Source: Salinivirgaceae bacterium | Lineage (GTDB): Bacteria; Bacteroidota; Bacteroidia; Bacteroidales; SZUA-534 | Direction of reading: 5' to 3' | Length of the DNA: 64,000 nucleotides | Assembly (NCBI GenBank): GCA_017557785.1 | Contig: JAFYYA010000050.1 | Coordinates: 32,281-96,280 of the forward strand | In this document: piece by piece, positions 28,645 through 36,441 of the stretch | How the letters are laid out: the number at the start of each line of letters is the position of its first letter | Numbering within the stretch: the first letter of the stretch is position 1 | Notes under the pieces: generated by a model | What the model saw: only the letters and a program-made list of their open reading frames with translations | What the model was told of the DNA's origin: nothing | Database searches by the model: none | Made by a program: the position numbers and the translations under genes

Positions 28645-29775
28645 TTAAATCCGCCCTTTAAAATCCTCGTAACCGAATGATTTCCAGAGTCGGTAGTTGG
28701 CGCCTTCCTTGATGTAGATGTCGGGCAGGGGCATACCGTTGAAGGTGTTGTTTTTGACCATTGAGTAGATGGCCATATCGTCGAACGTAAGTTGTTGGCC
28801 TTCGGTGAGTTGCGTGTTGAATGAGTAGTCGCCGATGATGTCGCCAGCAAGGCACGTTGGTCCGCCAAGACGGTAGGTGAACGGCTTTTCGCCAGGCTCG
28901 CCGCTGCCTTCGAGTGGCGGGCGGTAGGGCATTTCAATCACGTCGGGCATATGGCAGGCCGCCGAAGCGTCGATAATGGCCACAGGGCGCTCTTTGTGCT
29001 GAATCTCGAGCACGGTTGTCCGCAGATAACCAGCGTTCAGCGCCACAGCCTCGCCAGGCTCAAGATAGACGGTTAGGCCGCGGGCGGTCATTCGGCCGAT
29101 GCAGCGCTCAAGGCGCGGAATGTCGTAGTCGGCGCGGGTGATGTGGTGGCCGCCGCCAAAGTTCACCCATTTCATTGCGGGCAGCCAACGGCCGAATTTC
29201 TCTTCGAAAGCGTTGAGAGTCAGTTCCAAATCGTCGGAATTCTGCTCGCAGAGCGTGTGAAAGTGCAGCCCGTCGATTAAGTCGAGCAGTTGCGGCTGCT
29301 CGGCCAGTGCGGTCTCAAACTCTTGCAGAGTGGTGCCAAGGCGGCTTCCAGGGGCGCAGGGGTCGTAGATGGCGTGGCCTTCCTGTGTCGATTTTTCGGG
29401 GTTCACCCGCAATCCGACGCTCAATCCGCGCTGCCGTGCCTTTTCGCCGTAAAGGCTCAACTGACGCATTGAGTTGAAAACGATATGGTCGCAGATGGTT
29501 GTAATCTCGTCGAAATCAGCAGGTTTGAAAGCGGGTGAGAAGATGTGGTTCTCGCGCCCAGGCATTTCCTCGTGACAGAGCCTTGCCTCGTAGAGTCCGC
29601 TTGCCGTTGCTCCGCATAAATATTTGGCAATCAGCGGATAGAACGCATAACAACTGAACGCCTTCTGCGCAATCAATATGCGGCAGCCAGTGCGGTCCAT
29701 AACGCCTTTCAAGATTTTTAGATTGCTCTCAATACGTTCGGTATCAATAATATAGCACGGCGTTCGAAGGTCCAT
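28645..29775 (-). CDS. nspC: Carboxy(nor)spermidine decarboxylase
   Basis: TPCYIID, AQKAFS, ASGLYEA, YDPCAPGSRLG, GLHFHTLCEQ, GGGHHIT, EPGEA, CHMPD, TCLAGD, FNGMPLP. Confidence 0.95.
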   Translation of the reverse strand: MDLRTPCYIIDTERIESNLKILKGVMDRTGCRILIAQKAFSCYAFYPLIAKYLCGATASGLYEARLCHEEMPGRENHIFSPAFKPADFDEITTICDHIVFNSMRQLSLYGEKARQRGLSVGLRVNPEKSTQEGHAIYDPCAPGSRLGTTLQEFETALAEQPQLLDLIDGLHFHTLCEQNSDDLELTLNAFEEKFGRWLPAMKWVNFGGGHHITRADYDIPRLERCIGRMTARGLTVYLEPGEAVALNAGYLRTTVLEIQHKERPVAIIDASAACHMPDVIEMPYRPPLEGSGEPGEKPFTYRLGGPTCLAGDIIGDYSFNTQLTEGQQLTFDDMAIYSMVKNNTFNGMPLPDIYIKEGANYRLWKSFGYEDFKGRI

Positions 29776-29777
29776 TT

Positions 29778-29900
29778 CAGTTGTAAGTTTGAAAGTTATA
29801 AGTTATAAGTGGCAAGTTACAAGGCGATGCGTCATTAATATGAAGAACAGACAACAGCACGAACCGTAGTCCGTAGTCTGTTGTCTGTAGTCAGTTGTCA
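29778..29900. repeat. (AAGTTAT)n array before nspC start and (TGTAGTC)n array after CASDH stop
   Basis: cagttgt aagtttg aaagttat aagttat aagtggc aagttac; cgtagtc cgtagtc tgttgtc tgtagtc agttgtc. Confidence 0.85.
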
Positions 29901-29912
29901 AATCTAATCGTC

Positions 29913-31172
29913 TTACGGCACCAGCGTCGGGTTTTCGTCGACAACCCACGGAAGGCCCCATTTGTTGAGAGCGTCCATATACGGATCGGGGTCGAAATCC
30001 TCGACATTGAACACGCCAGGTTTCTTCCACAGGCCCTGCATAACCATCATTGTGCCAATCATTGCGGGCACGCCAGTGGTGTACGATATGGCCTGCGAGC
30101 CAACCTCTTTGTAGCATTCCTGATGGTCGCAGACGTTGTAGATGTAGATTTTGCGCTCTTTGCCGTCTTTCACGCCAGTGAAAATGCAGCCGATGTTGGT
30201 CTTGCCCACGGTGCGCGGACCGAGCGACGCAGGGTCGGGCAGAAGGGCTTTCAGGAACTGAATGGGCACAATTTCCTGACCGTTGAAATTAACGGTGTCG
30301 GTGCGAAGCATTCCAACGTTCTCAAGACACTTCATATGAGTCAGATAACTCTGTCCGAAGGTCATAAAGAAGCGGATTCGCTTAACGCCAGGGATATTTT
30401 TTGCAAGCGATTCAATTTCCTCGTGGTGAAGCAGATACATATCTTTCGGGCCCACGCCGTCGAAATTGTATTCGCGTTTGATTTCCATTGGTTTGGTCTC
30501 AACCCAGTGGCCGTTTTCCCAGTATGAGCCGTTGGCCGAAACCTCGCGCAGGTTGATTTCAGGGTTGAAGTTGGTGGCAAACGGATAGCCGTGGTCGCCG
30601 CCGTTGCAGTCGAGAATATCGATGGTGTGAATCTCGTCGAAATAGTGCTTCAGGGCGTAGGCCGAGAACACGCTTGTCACACCAGGGTCGAAGCCAGTGC
30701 CGAGCAGACCAGTGATGCCTTTGGCTTTGAAGCGGTCGTTGTAGGCCCATTGCCACGAGTAGTCGAAATAAGCCGTGAAGCCCTTCTCTTTGCAGCGTTT
30801 CTCGTAGATGGCGCGCCACGTCGGGTCTTCAGTGTCTTCGGCCTCGTAGTTGGCTGTGTCGATGTAGTGCACGCCAGTTTCAAGGCAGGCGTCCATAATG
30901 GTCAGGTCCTGATAGGGCAGAGCAAGGTTCAAAACCACGTCGGGCTTCACCTCGCGGATAAGGCTCACCAGTTCGTTCACATTGTCGGCGTCAACCTTTG
31001 CGGTAGTGATTTTTGCCTTTGTCGAGCCTTCGATTTTGGCTTTCAGCGCGTCGCATTTGCTCACCGTGCGGCTTGCAATGCAAATCTCGTTAAACACTTC
31101 GCTGTTTTGTGCGCATTTCTGAATTGCGACACCAGCCACGCCGCCGCAACCGATAATTAAAACTTTTCCCAT
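29913..31172 (-). CDS. Carboxy(nor)spermidine dehydrogenase (saccharopine dehydrogenase family, CASDH)
   Basis: IIGCGGVA, LALPYQDLTIMDAC, YIDTANYE, GFDPG, FATNFNPEINLRE, LHHEE, QAISYTTGVPA; upstream of nspC. Confidence 0.93.
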   Translation of the reverse strand: MGKVLIIGCGGVAGVAIQKCAQNSEVFNEICIASRTVSKCDALKAKIEGSTKAKITTAKVDADNVNELVSLIREVKPDVVLNLALPYQDLTIMDACLETGVHYIDTANYEAEDTEDPTWRAIYEKRCKEKGFTAYFDYSWQWAYNDRFKAKGITGLLGTGFDPGVTSVFSAYALKHYFDEIHTIDILDCNGGDHGYPFATNFNPEINLREVSANGSYWENGHWVETKPMEIKREYNFDGVGPKDMYLLHHEEIESLAKNIPGVKRIRFFMTFGQSYLTHMKCLENVGMLRTDTVNFNGQEIVPIQFLKALLPDPASLGPRTVGKTNIGCIFTGVKDGKERKIYIYNVCDHQECYKEVGSQAISYTTGVPAMIGTMMVMQGLWKKPGVFNVEDFDPDPYMDALNKWGLPWVVDENPTLVP

Positions 31173-31189
31173 TTTCGATACAATTTTTT

Positions 31190-31316
31190 GGACTTCGGAC
31201 TACAGACTACAGACAACAGTCTTTGAAATGCCTTCTGTGCTTTAATCTTCCGTCACTGTTATTTGTTAATTATTTAATTGTTAAATATTTATTCTGAATT
31301 CTGAATTCAAAATTCT
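31190..31316. repeat. (GACTACA)n array before CASDH start and (TCTGAAT)n array after speB stop
   Basis: gacttcg gactaca gactaca gacaaca; attctga attctga attcaaa attct. Confidence 0.85.
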
Positions 31317-32166
31317 AAATTGACAACAACAACTCTCTCACCACCTTGCACGCCACTGCTGTCGAAACGCCGCTTTGGTCGTATGTGGGGCAGAGTTCGT
31401 TCACGTCGGCGGCCACAATGTTGCAGTTGTCGCAGACTGTCGATATCGCGTTCAGCATGTCGTTGAAGCCAACGCCGCCTGCTTCGGGCGTGCCAGTGCC
31501 AGGGAATATCGACGGGTCGAGCACGTCAAGGTCGATGGTGAAGTATATCGGCTTGCCAGCCAGTTGTTTAACCGTGGCTTCCAGACCGTCGAAATTGAAT
31601 TTGTGCAGGTCGGTGTGCCCTTCGGCGGCCCAGCGGAACTCGTTGCGCTCACCCGAGCGGATGCCGAACTGGTGAATGCGGCCGTCGCCAATCAAATCGT
31701 GGCAGCGGCGGATGACGCAAGCGTGCGACAGACTGACGCCCAGATACTCGTCGCGAAGGTCGGTGTGGGCGTCGAAATGGATGATGTGCACGTCGGGGTA
31801 CACCTTCAGAACTTCGCGGAAAGCGCCAAGAGTGACAAGATGCTCGCCGCCAATCATTAGCGGTATCTTTTTGTCGTTGAGAATGATAGCCGTGCGTTCC
31901 GAAATCTGCTCGAGAGCCGTTTGGCTGTTGCCAATGCAAAGTTCGATGTCGCCGCTGTCGAACACGCTGATGTCCTCAAGGTCGCGGTCGAGTCGGGGGC
32001 TGTAGGTCTCGATTCCGAACGACTCGCTGCGGATGGCGTGGCTGCCGAATCGCGTGCCAGGCCTGAACGATGTTGTTGAGTCGAACGGCGCCCCGAAAAT
32101 CACAATTCGAGCATCACTGTATTCGGCGTCGCAGCCGATGAATGTTTCGATGTTCTTGTTAAGCAT
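31315..32166 (-). CDS. speB: Agmatinase (ureohydrolase family)
   Basis: GAPFD..RPGTRFG, GGEH, DAHTD, DLDVLDP..PGTGTPE, NELCP. Confidence 0.93.
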   Translation of the reverse strand: MLNKNIETFIGCDAEYSDARIVIFGAPFDSTTSFRPGTRFGSHAIRSESFGIETYSPRLDRDLEDISVFDSGDIELCIGNSQTALEQISERTAIILNDKKIPLMIGGEHLVTLGAFREVLKVYPDVHIIHFDAHTDLRDEYLGVSLSHACVIRRCHDLIGDGRIHQFGIRSGERNEFRWAAEGHTDLHKFNFDGLEATVKQLAGKPIYFTIDLDVLDPSIFPGTGTPEAGGVGFNDMLNAISTVCDNCNIVAADVNELCPTYDQSGVSTAVACKVVRELLLSI

Positions 32167-32172
32167 TGTCGG

Positions 32173-33036
32173 TCAGTCTTTTATCGATTCCACGTCCTCA
32201 AGCATTCGCTCAACATACGCGGGCAGCGCAAAGCAGCCTTTGTGCAGGTTGGTGGTGTAATAATCGGTTTTGATTCCTAATTTGTTCCACGCGTCGGCGT
32301 TCAGGTCGAGCACGGGGCGGTACTTCTTCGACGCGAATCCGAACAGCCAGTAACCCGACGGGTACGATGGTATATGTGCCTGATACACACGGCTAATCGG
32401 GAAACTGTCAACAATCCGCTTGTGGGCTTTCTGCGTCTCAATGCGGTCTTCCTCGTAGAACGGGCTCTGATGCTGATTCACCATAATGCCGTCGTCTTTG
32501 AGTGCCTTGTAGCAGCCGCCGTAGAACTCGCGCGTCAGAAGGCTCTCGCCAGGACCGTAGAATCCCGCCGAGTCAACAATTATCACATCGTACTCATTCT
32601 CGATGTGTCGGATGAACCGAAGTGCGTTTTCAGTGTAGACGGTCACGCGCTCGTCGTCCAGACTCGATGCCGTTTCGGGGAAGAACTTGCGGCAGGCTTC
32701 AACCACACCGTCGTTAACTTCCACAAGGTCAATGCGTTCAAGGCTCTTGTATTTGAGCAGTTCCTCGACAACGCCACCGTCGCCCGAACCAAAAATCAGC
32801 ACGCTTTTCGGGTTTGGATGGACGGCCATTGGCACGTGACTCAACATTTCGTCGTAGATGAACTCGTCGCGGTCAGTGAAAATAATGTAGCCGTCAACCG
32901 CCAGAAAGCGCCCGAACTCAAGCGACTCGAAAATATCGACGCGCCCCAAATCGGTCTCGTTGCTGTAAAGGTGCTTGTCCACTTTCACAGAGAACTTTAC
33001 GTTTTCGGTATGATGTTCAGAAAACCAGAATTCCAT
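32173..33036 (-). CDS. speE: Spermidine synthase (polyamine aminopropyltransferase) homolog with degenerate motifs
   Basis: WFSE, DEFIYDEMLSHVPM..HPNPK, FGSGDGG, DVIIVDS, IPSYPSGYW. Confidence 0.85.
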   Translation of the reverse strand: MEFWFSEHHTENVKFSVKVDKHLYSNETDLGRVDIFESLEFGRFLAVDGYIIFTDRDEFIYDEMLSHVPMAVHPNPKSVLIFGSGDGGVVEELLKYKSLERIDLVEVNDGVVEACRKFFPETASSLDDERVTVYTENALRFIRHIENEYDVIIVDSAGFYGPGESLLTREFYGGCYKALKDDGIMVNQHQSPFYEEDRIETQKAHKRIVDSFPISRVYQAHIPSYPSGYWLFGFASKKYRPVLDLNADAWNKLGIKTDYYTTNLHKGCFALPAYVERMLEDVESIKD

Positions 33037-33040
33037 TTTT

Positions 33041-33075
33041 CAGTTACAAGTTATAAGTTCTTAAGTTTTAAGTTA
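33041..33075. repeat. (AAGTTAT)-type heptamer array before speE start
   Basis: cagttac aagttat aagttctt aagtttt aagtta. Confidence 0.8.
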
Positions 33076-33879
33076 TTGCTGATTAATGACTATCGTATTC
33101 GACTTCAGTTCCCCTTTAAATAATGAATATCCATTGATTTTATCAAGATATTTCTCATTCCATTCAAAATAGCAAGAATCCAATTGTTCTGCATTTATTT
33201 GGGACCGATTGTAATTAATGTATCGTAAGAAAACATTGCATTTTTTTCCAGAAACCACAAGCGAATCTATTGGAATATAGTCATATACAGTCCCTTTCGC
33301 AGGAATTAGAACTATATCGGAATACTTTAATTTTAATATTGATTCTAATAACTCCTTGCTTTCTGTATTGTGTTTTATTTCCACAGGAAAACAATAATTA
33401 AGCGCAACAGGTGCTTTTAAATAATTCCGCATTTCATATAAATAGGCACTATCAACAAAATTTAAATAATCATTGAATTTTGTGTTATGTCTTATAGAAT
33501 CAATATTATACATTGTGGTTTCTGCATTCAAACGCAAAATGTGTTGTATGTCTGACAGAGAGTTGATGTTTGCATCAGTATTTATTGTTTCGGAAAATGA
33601 AAAATGCTTCTCAAAATATTTAATCTCTTTGTCAGTCACATCATTAGTGATGTCAGTGGATGACTCATCCAACATTATAATGTTTTGATTTTGTGATAGA
33701 TTGGCTATATATATATTGCTGTCGGAAAGATTTTGAATGGATATTTTTATTTGATTCTCATATATTGATGATTCATTTTTAACCAATTCGAGATTAACGA
33801 TAACAGATGTCTTTTCATTATTGCACGAATGCAGTAATGGTATGGAAATCATTATAATAAAGATTTTCACATTCCGCAT
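33073..33879 (-). CDS. Hypothetical AT-rich lipoprotein inserted in the polyamine operon
   Basis: MRNVKIFIIMISIPLLHSC lipobox; markedly lower GC than flanks; no family recognised. Confidence 0.65.
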   Translation of the reverse strand: MRNVKIFIIMISIPLLHSCNNEKTSVIVNLELVKNESSIYENQIKISIQNLSDSNIYIANLSQNQNIIMLDESSTDITNDVTDKEIKYFEKHFSFSETINTDANINSLSDIQHILRLNAETTMYNIDSIRHNTKFNDYLNFVDSAYLYEMRNYLKAPVALNYCFPVEIKHNTESKELLESILKLKYSDIVLIPAKGTVYDYIPIDSLVVSGKKCNVFLRYINYNRSQINAEQLDSCYFEWNEKYLDKINGYSLFKGELKSNTIVINQQ

Positions 33880-33949
33880 TTCAAACGAGTTCTTCCAATT
33901 ATTCAAATTCCATTTCATCTTTAAATGAAAAAAACTTTAAATCAATGAT

Positions 33950-34186
33950 TTACCCAATATTTTCAAGTTTTTCAAGAAATTCCTGCCTTGTGACATTCAG
34001 TCCTGCAATGGCGTTCTTTACAATAAATTCAGGTACGGGTTCAACGTGTGTTTGGAAGATTATGGGGCGCAACATTCCCTCTTTTGCCCACGCCTCGTGT
34101 CCGCCTTTTGTTCGTAACACTTTGAGTCCGTAACTGTTAAGCACGGCTCTGAATTCAGCAATGGTTATGTTCGACAATTTTTTCAT
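33950..34186 (-). CDS. hicA: HicA-family toxin (type II TA mRNA interferase)
   Basis: 78 aa; L..YGLKVLRTKGGHEAW (GxH catalytic motif), PIIFQTH, C-terminal GLNVTRQEF. Confidence 0.78.
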   Translation of the reverse strand: MKKLSNITIAEFRAVLNSYGLKVLRTKGGHEAWAKEGMLRPIIFQTHVEPVPEFIVKNAIAGLNVTRQEFLEKLENIG

Positions 34187-34596
34187 ACCAGAGCCGAAAG
34201 TCTGACAGGTGCCACAATGCGCTGAAAATTAACGTTTTTTTCCAGCAGTTCAATCATTGGCTTGTCTCTCAATTGCATTCGTGTTGTCGGCGGCGTGATG
34301 GATTTTTTAGTGACTTTCCACCCGTGCGCTTTCAAATCGGCGGTCAGAGTGCCCATTTCAAGGCAACTTTCGATATAGAGTTGGAAGCACTCGTAGAAAT
34401 TCTTCACTGCGTCCAAATAATCCGTTCCCGAAGTTGAAAGGTCGAGCGACGGACAATAGGCAATCTGCACGTCACCTTCCTGAAACACATAAAACGAAAT
34501 AACAAACTGATAGTCAGCATTGTTGCCTTCGGTCGCATTAACGCGAAGTTTGACTTTTTTCTTCGTTGAAATCCGTTCTGCCATTTTCACTTCCAT
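34183..34596 (-). CDS. hicB: HicB-like antitoxin
   Basis: FQEGDVQIAYCPSLDLSTSGTDYLDAVKNFYECFQLYIE partial RNase H fold; ATGA overlap with hicA; own TATATTTG box at 34618-34625 (-). Confidence 0.75.
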   Translation of the reverse strand: MEVKMAERISTKKKVKLRVNATEGNNADYQFVISFYVFQEGDVQIAYCPSLDLSTSGTDYLDAVKNFYECFQLYIESCLEMGTLTADLKAHGWKVTKKSITPPTTRMQLRDKPMIELLEKNVNFQRIVAPVRLSALV

Positions 34597-34647
34597 AACC
34601 TTAATATTTGCTTTGTCCAAATATAATTCAAATTCTACACACTTTTG

Positions 34648-34690
34648 CCTAAAACCTAACCAACACCTAACACCCAATACCCAACACCTA
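34648..34690. repeat. (AACACCT)n heptamer array overlapping decarboxylase stop codon
   Basis: aaaacct aacc aacacct aacaccc aataccc aacacct. Confidence 0.85.
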
Positions 34691-36145
34691 ATAAATGGTT
34701 TGCTCACGAATCACGTTCAGCCTCTCGATTTTCTCGTCTTCGGGGCCAGTCATTGAGCAGCCTTTCTCTTTGGCGTACAGAATATAGTCGATGATTTCCT
34801 GCGTGATACGCTCGCCAGGCGCCAGAATTGGGATTCCAGGGGGGTAGCACATAACAAATTCGGTGCAGATGCGGCCGTTGGTCTCGCGGATGGGAATCAT
34901 TTCCTCTTTGGCGGCGTAGAAGGCCTCTTGCGGCGTCATTACCACCGACGGATTGATGTACTCGTGGTCGAACAGGCCAGTGCGTTCCTTGCGGTAGCGG
35001 CGCTGAATGTCGTAGAGCGCGCTCACAAGCCTCTCAACCTCGCGCATACGGTCGCCTATCGATATGTAGGCCAATATGTTACCAATGTCGCCCAACTCAA
35101 CCTGAATGTCGTACTCGTCGCGCAGAAGGTCGTAAACCTCAATTCCAGCCAAGCCGATATCAAGAGTGAAGACCGTCAGTTTTGTGGTGTCGAAATCGTA
35201 GATGCTATCGTTGTTAATCAACTCTTTACCGTATGCGTAGTAGCCACCGATTTTGTTTATTTCGGTTCGCGCGTATTCGGCAATGCGCTGCACTTCGGCG
35301 AAAGCCTCTTTGCCGTGGATGGCCAGATTGCGCCGCGAGATGTCGAGACTTGCCAGCAGCAGATACGACGCGCTTGTGGTCTGTGTCAGGTTGATGACCT
35401 GCCGAACGTAGCCAGGGCTTACGCTTTTGCCGATGAGCAGGAACGAACTCTGCGTCAGGCTTCCGCCCGATTTGTGCATACTGATTGACGACATATCGGC
35501 GCCAGCGGCCATTGCCGTAAGTGGCATATTCTCACCAAAATAGAAGTGTGTTCCGTGAGCCTCGTCAACCAGCACCAGCATATTGTGTGCGTGCGCCAAC
35601 TCGACAATCTTTTTCAGATTCGAGCAGATGCCGTAGTAGGTTGGGTTGTTCACCAGAATGGCCACAGCGTCGGGGTTGGCCTCGATGGCCTTCTCAACCT
35701 GCGAAATCTTCATTCCAAGGGCGATACCCAGTCGGCGGTCCATATCGGGATTGACGTAGATGGGCGTTGCGCCGTTCACCACCAGCGCGTTGATGACGCT
35801 ACGGTGCACGTTTCGCGGCAGAATGATTTTCTCGCCCTTTTTGCAGGCCGTCAGCACCATTGTCTGCACCGACGATGTTGTTCCGCCAACCATAAGGAAT
35901 GCGTGGGCCGCGCCAAATGCTTCGGCGGCAAGGTCTTCGGCCTTTTTTATCACCGAAATGGGGTGGCACAGGTTGTCGAGTGGTTTCATTGAGTTCACGT
36001 CAATCTCAACACACTGTTTTCCAAAGAGTTTGGCTAATTCAGGGTTTCCGCGTCCGCGTTTGTGGCCAGGAACGTCGAAGGGTACGATTTTCTTGCGTCG
36101 GAATTCTTCCAGAGCCTCGTAGATAGGTGCCTCGTTTTGATTCAT
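34688..36145 (-). CDS. speA: Fold-type I (Orn/Lys/Arg) PLP decarboxylase, probable Firmicute-type arginine decarboxylase
   Basis: FDVPGHKRG, GGTT, PRNVHRS, NPTYYG, DEAHG, SMHKS (PLP Lys), QTTSASY, YPPGIPILAPGE; context with speB/speE. Confidence 0.85.
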   Translation of the reverse strand: MNQNEAPIYEALEEFRRKKIVPFDVPGHKRGRGNPELAKLFGKQCVEIDVNSMKPLDNLCHPISVIKKAEDLAAEAFGAAHAFLMVGGTTSSVQTMVLTACKKGEKIILPRNVHRSVINALVVNGATPIYVNPDMDRRLGIALGMKISQVEKAIEANPDAVAILVNNPTYYGICSNLKKIVELAHAHNMLVLVDEAHGTHFYFGENMPLTAMAAGADMSSISMHKSGGSLTQSSFLLIGKSVSPGYVRQVINLTQTTSASYLLLASLDISRRNLAIHGKEAFAEVQRIAEYARTEINKIGGYYAYGKELINNDSIYDFDTTKLTVFTLDIGLAGIEVYDLLRDEYDIQVELGDIGNILAYISIGDRMREVERLVSALYDIQRRYRKERTGLFDHEYINPSVVMTPQEAFYAAKEEMIPIRETNGRICTEFVMCYPPGIPILAPGERITQEIIDYILYAKEKGCSMTGPEDEKIERLNVIREQTIY

Positions 36146-36375
36146 TTACAAGCGTTTAAAAATTAAACAAAACTACCTTTCTTGTTTACTTTATCTGCTT
36201 GTGGCGAACCTTCGGCAGATTGTCAGAGTCTATATAGTAAATATTTACTTTTACTACTCTTATTGACCGTTTCTCAAGTCGGGTGGTTATAAGTAACCAA
36301 CTTTAAAAAAACTGCACATTTAAGTGCAAATCAATAAAATGGAATTACTCTAACAATCTAAAGTTTGCTCCATCG
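36146..36375 (-). promoter_or_regulatory. Long multi-hairpin 5' leader of polyamine operon (candidate cis-regulatory RNA)
   Basis: -7 box TACATTTG at 36379-36386 (-); about seven hairpins in ~230 nt, including TGCAC-TTAAAT-GTGCA followed by U7. Confidence 0.5.
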
Positions 36376-36441
36376 GTGCAAATGTAGTCATTTATTGTAA
36401 TGCTGACTGCAATTGGCGGGAAAAATAGAGAAAAAACGCGA

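Noticed and set aside
29803-30117. 104-aa ORF ending TTDYRQQTTDY...LVTCHL
   Set aside because: Alternative frame of the CASDH end reading through heptamer arrays; not a credible gene.
34597-34707. N-terminal extension of HicB (CWVLGVRCWLG)
   Set aside because: It is the translation of the GGTGTTA repeat array and lies upstream of the -7 box.
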